Below, piece by piece: positions 33,365 through 46,412 of a stretch of DNA of 64,000 bases. The notes under the pieces are model-generated. The model did no database searches, was not told the origin of the DNA, and was given only the letters and a program-made list of their open reading frames with translations. The DNA is taken from NCBI RefSeq assembly GCF_006345805.1, contig NC_043000.1, positions 151,528,001 to 151,592,000 on the forward strand, in the 5' to 3' direction. The first letter of the stretch is position 1; the number at the start of each line of letters is the position of its first letter. This DNA comes from Octopus sinensis (taxonomy: Eukaryota). The position numbers and the translations under genes were made by a program.

Positions 33365-34344
33365 TCCATCCAACACTCCAAATTTCCTGTATTATTGTCA
33401 TTGCTTAGCCCCCAGATCAGTCCTGATTGAGTAGATCTCTACGACCCAGCCTAACTTTTTGTAATATTTCTAGGCATAAAATGTACCTAGGACCACATTA
33501 ACCATTGTATTGCCCCCCCCCCTTTGTTTATAGACAGTATGTTGTAATTTCAAGGAGATTTAGCTGCTATTTCTAGGTGGTCGAATGACAAAAGAGATGT
33601 GTGACAAGATTTTGTCAGTGAAATTTGTTGACGTTTGTGTGTATTAGTGTTTACAGCATCAGTGAGACTATTTTAGAATCTATTTGCTTTCGAATTAACA
33701 CAGCAGTGTCTCCAATACTTTCAGTGCCACATCATCTGAAATGTGAGGTCTGAAATATTAAGTTTTAATTAAACTATTTTTCTCCCTAGCTTTAATTAAT
33801 CTATTTCACTCAGAGCTAGTCTCAACTGTCAGAACAACACAGTTTCATCATAGATCATAGGTGTGGCTTTGTGTTTAAGACATTTGCTTCATAGCTACTA
33901 AGTTTTGAGTTCAGTCTCTCTGCTCAGAACCTTGAGCAAGTTAACTTTTACTAATGCCTCAGGTTGGCCAATGCTTTCTAACTGAATTTGGTAGATGGAA
34001 ACTGCACAAAGCCCATTGTATGAGTATGTGTGTGAGGTGGGATGTTTGTTTACATTCAAGCTTCTTCAAGAATTACCAAGCTCTAAGTGTTAACATTTTT
34101 GTCATTTCTCCTGTCAACAAATCCTTTACTGGTTCTTCGCCTTTGAAGATGTGTGGAATAAGAGACTCTTTACTTAAAAGATAACAAGTAAGGGTTAGCA
34201 GCAGGAAGGGCATCCAGCTGTAAAACAATGCTTCAATAACATTTTTACCTAAACCATGCCAGAATGGTAAAAATAATGGAACAGAATCATTCTGTTCCAT
34301 GTCCTTACCACTAAAGGAATATATTTCCTGCAAACATCTATCCT

Positions 34345-34735
34345 TATTTTTCTCTTCTACTTGTTTCAGTCATTAGACTGTGGCCATGCTGGGGCACTGC
34401 CTTGAAGAGTTTAATGGAACAAATCAACACCAGTATTTTTATTCTTATGATTGGTACTTATTCTGGCAGTCTCTTTTGCCAAACCATTAAGTCTTGAGGA
34501 TGTGAACAAACCAACACCAGCTGTCAAACAGTGTGGGTGGGGGACACAAACATAAACACACACACACATGCACACACAGTTTTCCACATAATTTCTGTTT
34601 ACTACCAAATTCACTCACAAGGCATTGGTCAATCAGGGTTATAGTAGAAGGTACTTGCTCAAGGTGCCACATAGCAGGACTGAACCTGAAACTACATGGT
34701 TGCAAAGCAAGCTTCTTAACCAAGCATCCATACCT
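34345..34735 (-). mobile_element. Diverged SINE family A
   Basis: Full-length, old. Confidence 0.75.
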
Positions 34736-36784
34736 ATACCTAAGTTTCTTCTCTACTGTTAATATTTCCTATAAATGTCCAACCACTTTCTCATTTTAGA
34801 TGCTGTCAGTCTTTCGTGTTATATATCAATACAAAATTACTAACTGAAGAATGCATTGAACTACCATCTCATTGGGTTTTGGGTTAAATCTATTACAGGT
34901 GTTTCACTGTATATCTGTGCTGTACCATTAATTGATCAGGTCAAAGATAGAACATGTTCTAGATTTTCAAAACCATGTTTGGAAGAATAAGATGAAGAGG
35001 AGACGTGCAAGGAAACAACTACAGATGCTTGTTCAAAATAGCCAGCATCATCAAAGACGATTGAGAGCCTCTCTCTGGTTGCTTGACCTGCTAGAAATAG
35101 CACCCAAATCTCCTTCAAACCATATTCTATTGCCTTAGATAAAGTAAGATACATTGAGTTATGCAATACCTGATAAATAAAATGTTGGAAAGGTGTGACT
35201 TGAACAACTTTCATAAAAGGTGTTGTTGAGTCACAACTGACCTTGGACTAAATAGCAACAACAACAACCATATGGCTAGAGTTCACTTCTTTCATAGGCA
35301 CTGTGACAACAACATGACTATTATTCACTTCTTTTATGGACAATATGTCAACAACAACACCAGCAACCACATGGCTATAGTTCAGGTTTTTGCCATGGAA
35401 TATGACAATAATAAGAAACGTTGCTTTTTTTTTTTTTTTTTTTTTTTTTTCAAATGTTAAAAATAAACAAGTGGAGCAAAGCAGTCTTTGAACAATATGT
35501 TTAAATCACAAACAACAACAATGAAAAACAAGTTGTTTGTGAGGAGACTTTCCCAACGTTAAAAGTAGGACAAGTCGTTATTTCATTGCAGAATTTGTTT
35601 AGCTTGAAGAAGTTCGGAGACCTGCCTGTTTCACAGTTAGAAACATTCTCCTTGTTTTCAAGTGAGATAGTCTTCAGGGTGGTTGGTAGGAAACATAATA
35701 CTGCACAGTGCATGGTTTCATTAAATGAGCAGCAGTAGGAAAAAGTAATTTTCTTTTCCACCAATATAGAGTGGATTTTCTAATTAATTTTTAGATTGCT
35801 TTTCTAAGAAAGCATTTTCTAATTAATTTTCAAATCTCTTTGCGAAAAAAAAAAAAAAAACCATTTTGTATCTAATTAAAATACTTTTAGTTTTCTTTCA
35901 CATGTAACCTTTTCACATGTAGCTACCTAGGATAACTCCTTGATATCTCAGCATTACTGAATAGTTCGATATGAATTCAAGATTGTTTTTAGATAACGAA
36001 TAAATAAAAAGAAAAACGAAAAGGCTTTGTAACAAGTTTTTGTAAGGGAAGAGGGTTTGCTGAGGATCAACGTCATAATATCAACATCTACAATTTCCAT
36101 TTGCAATCAGTCCTATGTGATCTAAAGTAATGAAGTTGATATAGTTTTCAGATAAGGTACTCTAAATTAATTATATTTATTCTTCAGGCAGTCGGTGATA
36201 CTGTAAGGCAAGCTAAGTCTGTAATCCATTCCTATTCCCATTACACTTTATTTACTTACATTGTTTAATGCCTTTTGTGAAGTTAATTAGGCTAATTACC
36301 TATTGGCACTTCTGATTATGAACAGTCAAACAGAAAATACAGAAATTTGACATTTTACATGCATTGACTGTTTTAGATAACTAGTTACTGTTTTTATATC
36401 AAATCACTATGATAAATCCTTTTTACTGTTGTTTGCTAAAGGTCTTTTCAGATAAATAATGCTTATTCAGAAATACTGATCAGTAATAGATTATTTCATT
36501 AATGATTCAAGTTTGAAATGTAGATCAGCTGCTGAAACTCTGATAGTGGTATGTGTTTCACCAAAAAGGCAGTTTGTAGTAAAGCTATTTAAAAATTAGT
36601 CATTGTGATTATCTTAGTCACCATTCCTGAAGAGTAAGTACCCGCCAAATTACTTGAGACTGACATCCACTTGCAAACATGAATGTGGGTTTAAACAAAA
36701 GTTTGCTGTAATCTTGTTGTTGTGAAAGGGTAACTGAGAAAGCATAATGAAAATGCTGACGATATAACTTTAACACAATGTTTA

Positions 36785-36962
36785 GGCGCAGGAGTGGCTG
36801 TGTGGTAAGTAGCTTGCTAACCAACCACTTGGTTCCGGGTTCAGTCCCACTGCGTGGCATCTTGGGCAAGTGTCTTCTGCTATAGCCCCGGGCCGACCAA
36901 TGCCTTGTGAGTGGATTTAGTAGACGGAAACTGAAAGAAGCCTGTCGTATATATGTATATAT

Positions 36963-37007
<45 letters not shown>

Positions 37008-37227
37008 ATATGTTTGTGTGTCTGTGTTTGTCCCCCTAGCATTGCTTGACAACCGATGCTGGTGTGTTTACGTCCCCGTCGCTTAGCGGTTCGGCAAAAA
37101 ATACTGATAGAATAAGTACTGGGCTTACAAAGAATAAGTCCCGGGGTCGATTTGCTCGATCGACTGAAGGCGGTACTCCAGCATGGCCGCAGTCAAATGA
37201 CTGAAACAAGTAAAAGAGTAAAGAGTA
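36785..37227 (+). mobile_element. SINE family A, full length
   Basis: As above. Confidence 0.92.
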
Positions 37228-38539
37228 GTAACATTACACTTCATAGAAATTTTGTACTTATAAATGAAAGAAAAAAAACCTCGTTTATACAATAATCTTA
37301 TGTTTATTGGTGAAATAAACATCAGAGATGCTTTGCTTCATGCAGAAAATGCAGGAAGTACTTTAAAATATTGCAATTTCTTCTGGTGGTGACTAAGATC
37401 ACCACAATGTCAGAAACCCTTCTGTATCATCAGCAGGTATCCCTGAATCACAGGCGTTTCACCCGCTAGCCTGTATTTTTTGCATGAGAGGGGCTGCAAG
37501 GATTGAATTAGCCTTTGCCTGAAGAAGGTCTCCATCTTGTCTCTTAGCAACCACAACCACTCTAAGCTTGTTTCAGCTACCATGGCTATATCCTTGTTGG
37601 CTTTCTTCAGTTGTTTTGGCTACAAACCAATCTTCTGTAGGAAATAGAGCACAGATAAGGAGCAAAACTATATCTAACCAAAGATCAACATTGAAGTATA
37701 ACAAACATTACATTATTGATATCAAAGAGTCCTAATTAGTTTCAGGGAAATATCTCTATTAACATTGTATATCAGCAGTTAAGTTTTGACTGTTGAAACT
37801 AAACCTGGTGGGTTCATAATGTTTTGCTGCTTATCACTTAATTTTGTTAATAGTTTGGTAATGAACCTAGGACTAGATTGGAATTGTTTTGTTTTAGATA
37901 ACTAGTATCAGTTTTTATATCAAATCACGTTTGTAAGTGTTGTTTGGTAAGATTGTTCTTAAAAGACCCTCATTATCAAGGATCTTATTTTCACATTGTC
38001 AAATAGATTTAAAGTAGATAGCCTTGAAGCCAATCAGCTTCTTTGCATGATAAACTATACTTTGTCTGTGTTTCAAAAACAGGTAAGTGTTGGAAGAAGA
38101 AAAGTGATTGGCTTATACCTATCTCTTTTGTGTTACATGGTTCTAGTACCTGCTGAAAATAGCATTACTTTAGCAATCCTGGGTACTGTGCAGATCTTGT
38201 AACTTGTATATTAGACCATTAGTTACAAAAAAGCTTGTATGGTGTGATGCTTCTTGGAAAGCATTTTTGTGGTGGCCTGAAGAAATATTTCTAGGAATCT
38301 ATTAAGATATTAGTTGAAACCTGTTGAACCAATATCTTCATATCCTCACACCTTGGAAGAAACCAATTGAGATAGGGTTGCATTGTATTGATTGTGTAAT
38401 CAATAGTCCAGTACCTTCACCTTCCAGCACTCTAATAAATTATAGTTTTGACTAATTTAGCTATTTATGTTATTTTTACTCACTTGATCTAATATCTACA
38501 TCTACTGAAGAACTGGAATCCATATCAGTATGCATTTTA

Positions 38540-38637
38540 ATATATTGTTCTAAAGTGCATCTTATCTGTAATACAATATATATATATACAGTATCCACAG
38601 TATATATTGTTCTAAAGTGTATCTTATCTGCAATACA

Positions 38638-38668
<31 letters not shown>

Positions 38669-38689
38669 CACACACACAGTATCCACAGT
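38540..38689. repeat. Tandem duplication (unit about 60 bp) with expanding microsatellite
   Basis: TATATTGTTCTAAAGTG-ATCTTATCTG-AATACAATA...CAGTATCCACAG occurs twice. Confidence 0.85.
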
Positions 38690-39661
38690 CTTCAAGCTTT
38701 CCTAGAATGTGAAAGGAATATAAATAATTGGATAATTTAGTGTCTAATGTTCAATTTGAACTCTGTTTATTGTGTTATTGAGAGAGAGAAATGTGTTTCT
38801 AGAAAGGACATTGTAGGCTAAGGGCCTTAGTGCCAAAACTTTGGAGGTAGCACACATGCAGTTGATGGATTCAGACAGGGTTGGTATATAGCCATCAACT
38901 TTCAAGATAAAAGACTGTTATAATAGCAGTGACAGAGACAGAAGTTCATTACTCTTTAATCAGAAGCTTTAACCTGCATGTTCTGTCAAGATTCTATGAG
39001 GGTTGTAGATTGGCAGTTTTGGTTGAGGAATGGACAAAATGACTTGTGGTATTTATTTACATGTCTTTACACTTTGACTCCAAATCTCTGTGGAGACAAC
39101 TTTGTCTTTCATCTTTGCAGTTTCACAGTTAATTAACTGTTTTCTATCCCAAAATTTGAGGCCATATGTGTACCATGTAATCAAAGGTAAAACTACATCC
39201 TTATCATTGGAGGCAATCTTCTCTTACATGATATTGTAGGATTCTTGTTACAAAATCATGAAAGTGATACCTTGTTGATAAGTTGATGATTCTTTATAGT
39301 TGACTTGCCACCTGGCATTAATTTGTGTTACCACAATACCATGACTCAGAGAATATCCCTAACTGGTTGGTCCAGGTACTTGGTAGCAATTGCTTTTGTT
39401 TATGTTTACAAAGTACTATGTCGAAGACAATAGGGTGTGAAATTGGAGGTTATTTGACTACTGTTTCTTGTAGGCTAAGTGAACGCATTGTGGCTGTCTC
39501 ATTAACTAGGCTTCTCTCAGTTTGTTAAATTAAATTAAATAAGCTGTTATTGGTGATATTCATCCTAGCTTCATTTACAATTTGTTTGAATCTCTTGGTA
39601 CACCTTTATACGAGGTGTTGACTTAAAGTCACCACCTTGCATATATATATATATATATATG

Positions 39662-40152
39662 TCTTAATATATAAAATAGACTTTGTGTGTGTATGTGTGC
39701 ATATGTTCCTTACGGATTCGAAAGCTGCATTGCCAATTTTCGAATTTACTACAAAAATAACCTCAAAAACGAGGTCAGGTTGCACAATTTTGAGGTTTTT
39801 TAGCTAAGGGAGGCAACTCTGCCTGACACCAAACTTGATTTAACAAAAAATGTAAACACACACACACATGTTAGGTTCAGAAGTTTGCTTCCAAACTATG
39901 TTCAGTCCGTCTGTATGGTACCTTGGGCAAGTGTTTTCTACTACAGCCCTAGGCCAACTACAGACTTGTGACTGAATTTGGTAGATGGAAACTGCAGTGT
40001 TGTTCACAAGAAAATGACTGAAAAACATGTTCGTAAAGGAGAGTTGTTTGCTTCATACTCCTCATGTGCTGATTCTGTACAATAGAAAGGAACAAATAAC
40101 ACAATATATCTGTAGGTCATAACACCCAGGCAATGCTGGGGTGCATTGCTAG
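39662..40152 (+). mobile_element. Old Helitron-like element with nested family A fragment
   Basis: TCTTAATATATAAAA start; CCCAGGCAATGCTGGG hairpin plus CTAG|T end. Confidence 0.5.
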
Positions 40153-40603
40153 TATATATATATGTGTGTGGATATATGTATGTACATAAAGAGACAACAG
40201 ATGAGATCCGGAGATGCTCAATATAGAAAACATTTAGCAGCAGTCAAATGATTTGAACTTACACTCCAAAATCTTTACCGAGGACTAAGTCTGCAGGGTA
40301 AAAAGTGGCTAGCTCCTTGCCTTATCTCTATACACATCCACCCACACGTGTGTGTGTGTGTATGTGTATACTTTTGTACATATATGAATACACACATGCC
40401 TAGACACACACACACACACACAGTCATAAGTAAACTTTTCCTACATAATTCAGTAGTAATTTGTATAATCCATCTCATTTATTGCAAATCCAATTTAACT
40501 TTCCTTCCAAATGTATAAACTGTCTAAATCAAAGAAATTCAACCTTCATTGCTGTAGCAGTAAAATTTTGTCTAATTTCCAATTAATCTCTTTATTTTCT
40601 CAG

Positions 40604-40686
40604 GTATGCCATTCTACCAAACTGTAAATATCTTAAAACGTCAAGACCGTGTGATAAAAGCTGTTCAAATTCGATACAGTAATACT
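40604..40686 (+). CDS. PHAF1: PHAF1/C16orf70 exon (GMPFYQTVNILKRQDRVIKAVQIRYSNT)
   Basis: ttttctcag / gtaagt; matches recalled human [28 protein letters not shown]. Confidence 0.9.
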
Positions 40687-40780
40687 GTAAGTTAAAACAA
40701 TTTCTTTATTCTCTTCATTTCATGGGGGTGTTCTAAATGCAGGATTACTGCAGGGGCAGTTATTCACTTCATTCACATAT

Positions 40781-41154
40781 GGGGGGAAGCACTCCGTCGG
40801 TTACGACAATGAGGGTTCCGGTTGATCCGAATCAATGGAACAGCCTGCTCGTGAAATTAACGTGTAAGTGGCTGAGAACTCCACAGACACGTGCACCCTT
40901 AACGTAGTTCTCGGAGATATTCAGCGTGACACAGAGAGTGACAAGGCCGGCCCCTTGAAATACAGGTACAACAGAAACAGGAAGTAAGAGTGAGAGAAAG
41001 TTGTGGTGAAAGAGTACAGCAGGGATCACCACCATCCCCTGCCGGAGCCTCGTGGAGCTTTTAGGTGTTTTCGCTCAATAAACACTCACAACGCCCGGTC
41101 TGGGAATCGAAACCGCGAGTCCGCTGCCCTAACCACTGGGCCATTGCGCCTCCA
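40781..41154 (-). mobile_element. SINE family D
   Basis: 11-bp TSD CATTCACATAT; 14-bp deletion in head. Confidence 0.92.
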
Positions 41155-41440
41155 CATTCACATATACTCACACACACACACATATTTGATGTGTTGCACT
41201 CCTTAACAAAACCCTTTACTCTGTTTACCTTAATCTGCTTAGCTAAATGAAAAATAGGTTATATTCTTATTTCACAACTAAATTGTATGTACCAGGGATG
41301 GTGCACTATTTCTATTATAACGAACCAACAAGGGAGCGTCTTGGTGGTTGCACTATCTATTAGATCTCCTCACACCCTTCCATCATAAAAAAAAAAGTGA
41401 ACGACATATATATATATATATATATATATAAACACACATA

Positions 41441-41700
41441 GAAGCTTGTCGTATATATATATATCTGTACGTATGTGTGTGTATATGTTTGTGTGTCTGT
41501 GTTTGTCCTCCCAACATTGCTTGACAACCAATGCTGGTGTGTTTAGGTCCCCGTAACTTAGCGGTTCGGCAAAAGAGACCGATAGGATAAGTACTGGGCT
41601 TACAAAGAATAAGTCCTGGGGTCGACTTGCTCAACTAAAGGCGGTGCTCCAGCATGGCCACAGTCAAATGACTGAAACAAGTAAAAGAGTAAAAAGAGAG
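41441..41700 (+). mobile_element. SINE family A, 5' truncated
   Basis: Microsatellite-to-tail portion. Confidence 0.88.
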
Positions 41701-42176
41701 AAAGTAAAGGGACATATGGATAAGGGTAGTCGTAAATTTAAAAACTGTTGGTATGTTTACAACTTGAATACCTTTGATCACAGGTTTGTTTGGTTTGAGC
41801 TAACCTGGGGCTAAAACAACAGCTCTAATAACTTATGGGTATGGATTTAGTTTGGTTGAACCCAATTATGAGAATTAAACTAAAATTACGGCTAAACTTG
41901 AAAGGGAATATAAACCTACAAAGCTACTATTAATGGAAATAACAGTTCAAATATTAATAAACAGTTGATCATTTTTAGCCTATTTATTGGTGGTAGACTG
42001 GCTTGTTAAAGTGTCAGATACAGTGTGTTATAGTACTCTGTACTCTGAGTTCACATCTTGCCAAAAGAGATCTTTTAGTAGATTGTACAGCCATAGAGAG
42101 GCTCCCAACTTTGCCTTTCATCTATTTGGGGATTAATAAATAAAGTACCTAACTTGTGCGGGGAATAAATTCTCTC

Positions 42177-42214
<38 letters not shown>

Positions 42215-42555
42215 GAGAAAAAGAAATCAGCTGTGGCTATGCCTGAAGAAGAATGGGTTTCTACTGGGTTTAAAAACTACCCCTTATATCATGATGAAAC
42301 ATTTACAGTTTCATCAAGAATTGATGATCAAAGACTAAGGAAACAATCTTGCATCAGAATGCTGTTCATTTGAGCATTTGTTGATCCAGTTTGCAACTTT
42401 CTGTTTTCAATGACTCCTCTGTTGAATGGAAGTATGGAAGTTGTTTTGTTGACAGTTTTGAAAATGATAATAGCCAAATTTCAGATTATGTTCAAAATGC
42501 TTGAAAAAATTGTTTAATTGGTATTTCCCTTTGATTTGGAGGAAAAATTCATAAT

Positions 42556-42940
42556 GCTGGAGTGGCTGTGTGATAAGTAGCTTGCTAACCAACCACATGG
42601 TTCCGAGTTCAGTCCCACTGCGTGGCATCTTGGGCAAGTGTCTTCTGCTATAGCCCCGGGCCGACCAATGCCTTGTGAGTGGATTTGGTAGACGGAAACT
42701 GAAAGAAGCCTGTCGTATATATGTGTTTGTGTGTCTGTGTTTGTACCCCTAGCATTGCTTGACAACCGATGCTGGTGTGTTTATGTCCCCGTCACTTAGC
42801 AGTTCGGCAAAAAGAGACCAATAGAATAAGTACTGGGCTTACAAAGAATAAGTCCCAGGGTCGATTTGCTCGACTAAAGGCGGTGCTCTAGCATGGCCGC
42901 AGTCAAATGACTGAAACAAGTAAAAGAGTAAAGAGAGTAA
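42556..42940 (+). mobile_element. SINE family A
   Basis: As above. Confidence 0.92.
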
Positions 42941-43199
42941 CCCTTGCAGAAATTGTTAAGTGTCTCTCAAAGAGAAAGGGAGATAATTTTAAGAATTAAT
43001 CTCTCATAGGGATTGAAAATTTGAGCTTTGTTTTCAGACAAGGGACAACAGGAGGCATGCTTTGGCCTATTTTACTTCATCGGCATATGTAATCTACTCA
43101 AATCTCACTGATCAGTTGTTAGAGATTTATAGATTTTGAAAATGAGTTATAAATTATTTTTGGCCAGTAAAAATTGTATAACTAAAATGAATTTATCAT

Positions 43200-43380
43200 T
43201 TAGCATCTACTTTCTATACTGGTATGGGTTGGAAAGTTTAACAGGAGCTGGCAAGCCAGATGACTACCCCAAGCTCTAGGGTCCACTCTGGCAAAGTTTT
43301 TACAGGTGGATGACTTTCCTAATGCCAACCACTTTGCAGAGTGTAATAGGTGTTTTTTTTTACATGGCACCAGCACCAGC
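43200..43380 (-). mobile_element. Diverged family C copy
   Basis: GGATGACTTTCCTAATGCCAACCACT motif. Confidence 0.65.
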
Positions 43381-43876
43381 AAAAGAGTAAAAAAAGAGCC
43401 ATTTCTCAAAGCTTTTATAATATATAATGAAATTATTGCATACAGTGCTCAGGTGCACCTCAACTTGTCAGACAGTGCATATAAAGCACATGCAGTAATG
43501 TGCAAATGTCTGGAAAGCGAACAATACATGAGTCAGATACATGCTTGTGTGTGTATGGAGGGGAGAAAATCAGGTGTAGTGTTGGCGAATCTCAGAAAGC
43601 ATGGAAGTTTTGAAGGATGCAGTGCTCCGACAACTAACAACTGATGCTGGCAGTTTGTGTAATTAAGTTAATCAGTGATGTGCTAAATACCATCATTTGA
43701 ATTTGATTATATAGAATTATTTATAACTTTTTTTAGCTAATTATCTAATCTTCATCTCATCAACTTGCACTTCCACAATTATGTTGTTAAAAATATTGAT
43801 TCAGATTCTTGTCATTCTTCTTTTGTCTTTCGTTTTCCCTAAATATTCGCATCTTTATTTTTCATTTCTAATACAG

Positions 43877-43960
43877 CAACCTTTACAAATGGATCTGGTT
43901 GTAAGTTTATCCCAGGATGGAATTAAACTGATCTTCGATCCAGTATGTCAACGGTTAAAA
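43877..43960 (+). CDS. PHAF1: PHAF1 exon (QPLQMDLVVSLSQDGIKLIFDPVCQRLK)
   Basis: atacag / gtaagc, 84 nt, phase 0-0; human [28 protein letters not shown]. Confidence 0.95.
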
Positions 43961-44168
43961 GTAAGCAGTCTTCTTTTTCTTGTTTTTCCTTCTAAATTTC
44001 CATTTTTGCTTTTGTTTTCCATTTGTTTTTATTAGCAAGTAAATTTGGTAAACCATCAAAACAAAGAAAATTTAGAGGTTATATATTCATTATGATCATC
44101 ATTGTTGTTTAACGTCCGCTTTCTATGCTAGCATGGGTTGGACGAAGAGCACAATTATTAGGTTAGAG

Positions 44169-44320
44169 CAGTGCTTTTCAACCTTTTTGCTGGAGCGGAA
44201 CCCCAAGGAAACACACATATCTGCACAGGAGAATTAAAAATTACTGCCAATTTTAGCAGTTTTGTAACTTCTTGCGGAACCCCTGGACTGTACTGGCGGA
44301 ACCCTGGTTGAAAACCACTG
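44169..44320. mobile_element. hAT/Charlie-type MITE
   Basis: TIR 14/15 (CAGTGCTTTTCAACC); perfect 8-bp TSD GGTTAGAG. Confidence 0.92.
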
Positions 44321-44701
44321 GGTTAGAGGAAGGAGCTTATTTTTCTTGCCTACAGTGGCGACTAGTGGCTCTATGTTTTGAAGATATGTAGAATAAAAAC
44401 TATCTCACTTGGAAAACAAGAGTTAGGGGCAGGAAAGACATCAGGTTGTAAAAAGAATGTTCTAGTAGTATGTATTCATCTAATTCATGCTAGCACAAAA
44501 AAAGTAGTTGTAAAATTAATGATGCATAAAATTGATTTATTAATATTTGGTGTGGTTAGTGTTTTGTATTCCTGAAGATGATTTAGGTATTTAATACACA
44601 TATATTGGAGATTAAACATAGATGCAAAATATAAAAGAATTGAAAAAATGTAAATCAAACATATATCAAGTGTTTTGATTTATCAAATGTTTCATATATC
44701 T

Positions 44702-44924
44702 TTAACCCTTTCGTTACCAACCCGGCTGAAACCGGCTCTGTAGTACAAATGTCTTGTTTTCATAAGTTTTGAATTAAAATCTTCCACCAAACCTTAGTCA
44801 CAATTTATGTTCCTAACATTAGTTAAATGATAACTAAGTTATTTTACCAAATTCTTTGTTATATTTAGAGTAATTGAAAGAAACACAGAGCATCTCAAAA
44901 TAAATACAGTAACGAAAGGATTAA
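44702..44924. mobile_element. TTAA/piggyBac-like MITE (family H)
   Basis: TTAA|CCCTTTCGTTAC ... GTAACGAAAGGA|TTAA. Confidence 0.85.
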
Positions 44925-45110
44925 ATACATTATTATTTGATACTTATTGACTTTTTTTCCCCAGCAATTTATTGATTCCTATTTCTCTTAAGATTTGCCT
45001 TTAAAGTAGGTTGTCTACTTAACTTAGAGATAATATTATTGGAAGGAAGAGCAGCTACATCAAACGTAGTCTTTGATACTCATTGAAATAAACTCAGTAC
45101 TCTAAAAAAT

Positions 45111-45325
45111 AACTTTTCTACTCTAGGCACAAGCCCCGAAATTTTGGGAGAGGGGAGCCAGTCAATTAGATCGATCCCAGTACCTAAATGGTACTTAATT
45201 TGTCGATCCCGAAAGGATGAAAGGCAAAATTGACCTCGGCAGAATTTGAACTCAGAATGTAACAGCAAACAAAATACCGCTAAGCATTTCGCCCGGCGTG
45301 CTAACGATTCTGCCAGCTCGTCGCC
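45111..45325 (-). mobile_element. SINE family B2
   Basis: Head, core and GGGCTTGTGCCTAGAGTAGAAAAG tail. Confidence 0.85.
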
Positions 45326-45360
45326 TTTGGCAAATAGCACTGATATCAGTATCTCCCTCA

Positions 45361-45987
45361 CTCTCTTTTACTCTTTTACCTGTTTCAGTCATTTGACTGC
45401 GGCCATGCTGGAGCACCGCCTTTAGTCGAGCAAATCGACCCCGGGACTTATTCTTTGTAAGCCCAGTACTTATTCTATCGGTCTCTTTTGCCGAACCGCT
45501 AAGTGACGGGGACGTAAACACACCAGCATCGGTTGTCAAGCAATGCTAGAGCAGCCTCGTCTGGCACCTGTGTCGGTGGCACATAAAAAACACCATCCGA
45601 GCGTGGCCGTTTGCCAGCCTCGTCTGGCACCTGTGTCGGTGGCACATAAAATCACCCACTACACTCTCGGAGTGGTTGGCGTTAGGAAGGGCATCCAGCT
45701 GTAGAAACACTGCCAGATCTGACTGGACTGGTGCAGCTTTCGGGCTTCCCAGACCCCAGTTGAACCGTCCAACCCATGCTAGCATGGAAAGCGGACGTTA
45801 AATGATGATGATGATGATGATGACATATATACGACAGGCTTCTTTCAGTTTCCGTCTACCAAATCCACTCACAAGGCATTGGTCGGCCCGGGGCTATAGC
45901 AGAAGACACTTGCCCAAGATGCCACGCAGTGGGACTGAACCCGGAACCATGTGGTTGGTTAGCAAGCTACTTACCACACAGCCACTC
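45361..45987 (-). mobile_element. SINE family A split by a family C insertion (45550-45823, +)
   Basis: A halves 45361-45549 and 45824-45987. Confidence 0.88.
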
Positions 45988-46064
45988 TTTCTTATAATTT
46001 CTTCTTTGTCTTTTCTTAATAACTTCCACTATCTAAGTATAGTTTGGGGGTTTAAAACCAAGGT

Positions 46065-46292
46065 GTCATGTAAAAAGGCATTGGTGTTGGTGCCACATGA
46101 AAAGCATTTGTGATGGTGCCACATGGTTCCACATAAAAAGCACCCAGTACACTCTGAATAGTGATTGCTGTTAGGAAGGGCTGTAGAAACCAAGCCAAAA
46201 CACTCTATGGAACCTGGTATTGGCCCTGGCCTTACCATCTCCTGTCAAGCCAGCATGGAAAACAGACGTTGATGATGATGATAATGATAATG
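46065..46292 (+). mobile_element. Diverged family C copy
   Basis: TAAAAAGCACCCAG...TTAGGAAGGG...GCATGGAAAACAGACG(GAT)n. Confidence 0.65.
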
Positions 46293-46368
46293 AACTGCTA
46301 ATATTTTCTTTTAAATATATTCTTATTTATCATTAATAAACGTTTCTATTTGATATTTCTTTATTCAG

Positions 46369-46412
46369 ATCATTGAAGTATTTTGTATGAATAAAGTTAA
46401 ATTAAAATATTG
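46369..46412 (+). CDS. PHAF1: PHAF1 exon (IIEVFCMNKVKLKY)
   Basis: ttctttattcag / gtgagt, 44 nt, phase 0-2; human VIEVCDLTKVKLKY. Confidence 0.93.

Noticed and set aside
35501-35764. ORFs open on both strands
   Set aside because: No recognisable homology or consistent splice phases with either gene
36405-36480. Box C/D snoRNA candidate
   Set aside because: Box C imperfect (ATGATAA) and no terminal stem
37400-37620. Possible LINE endonuclease remnant on - (QLKKANKDIAMVAET)
   Set aside because: Single weak motif; no downstream APE or RT motifs
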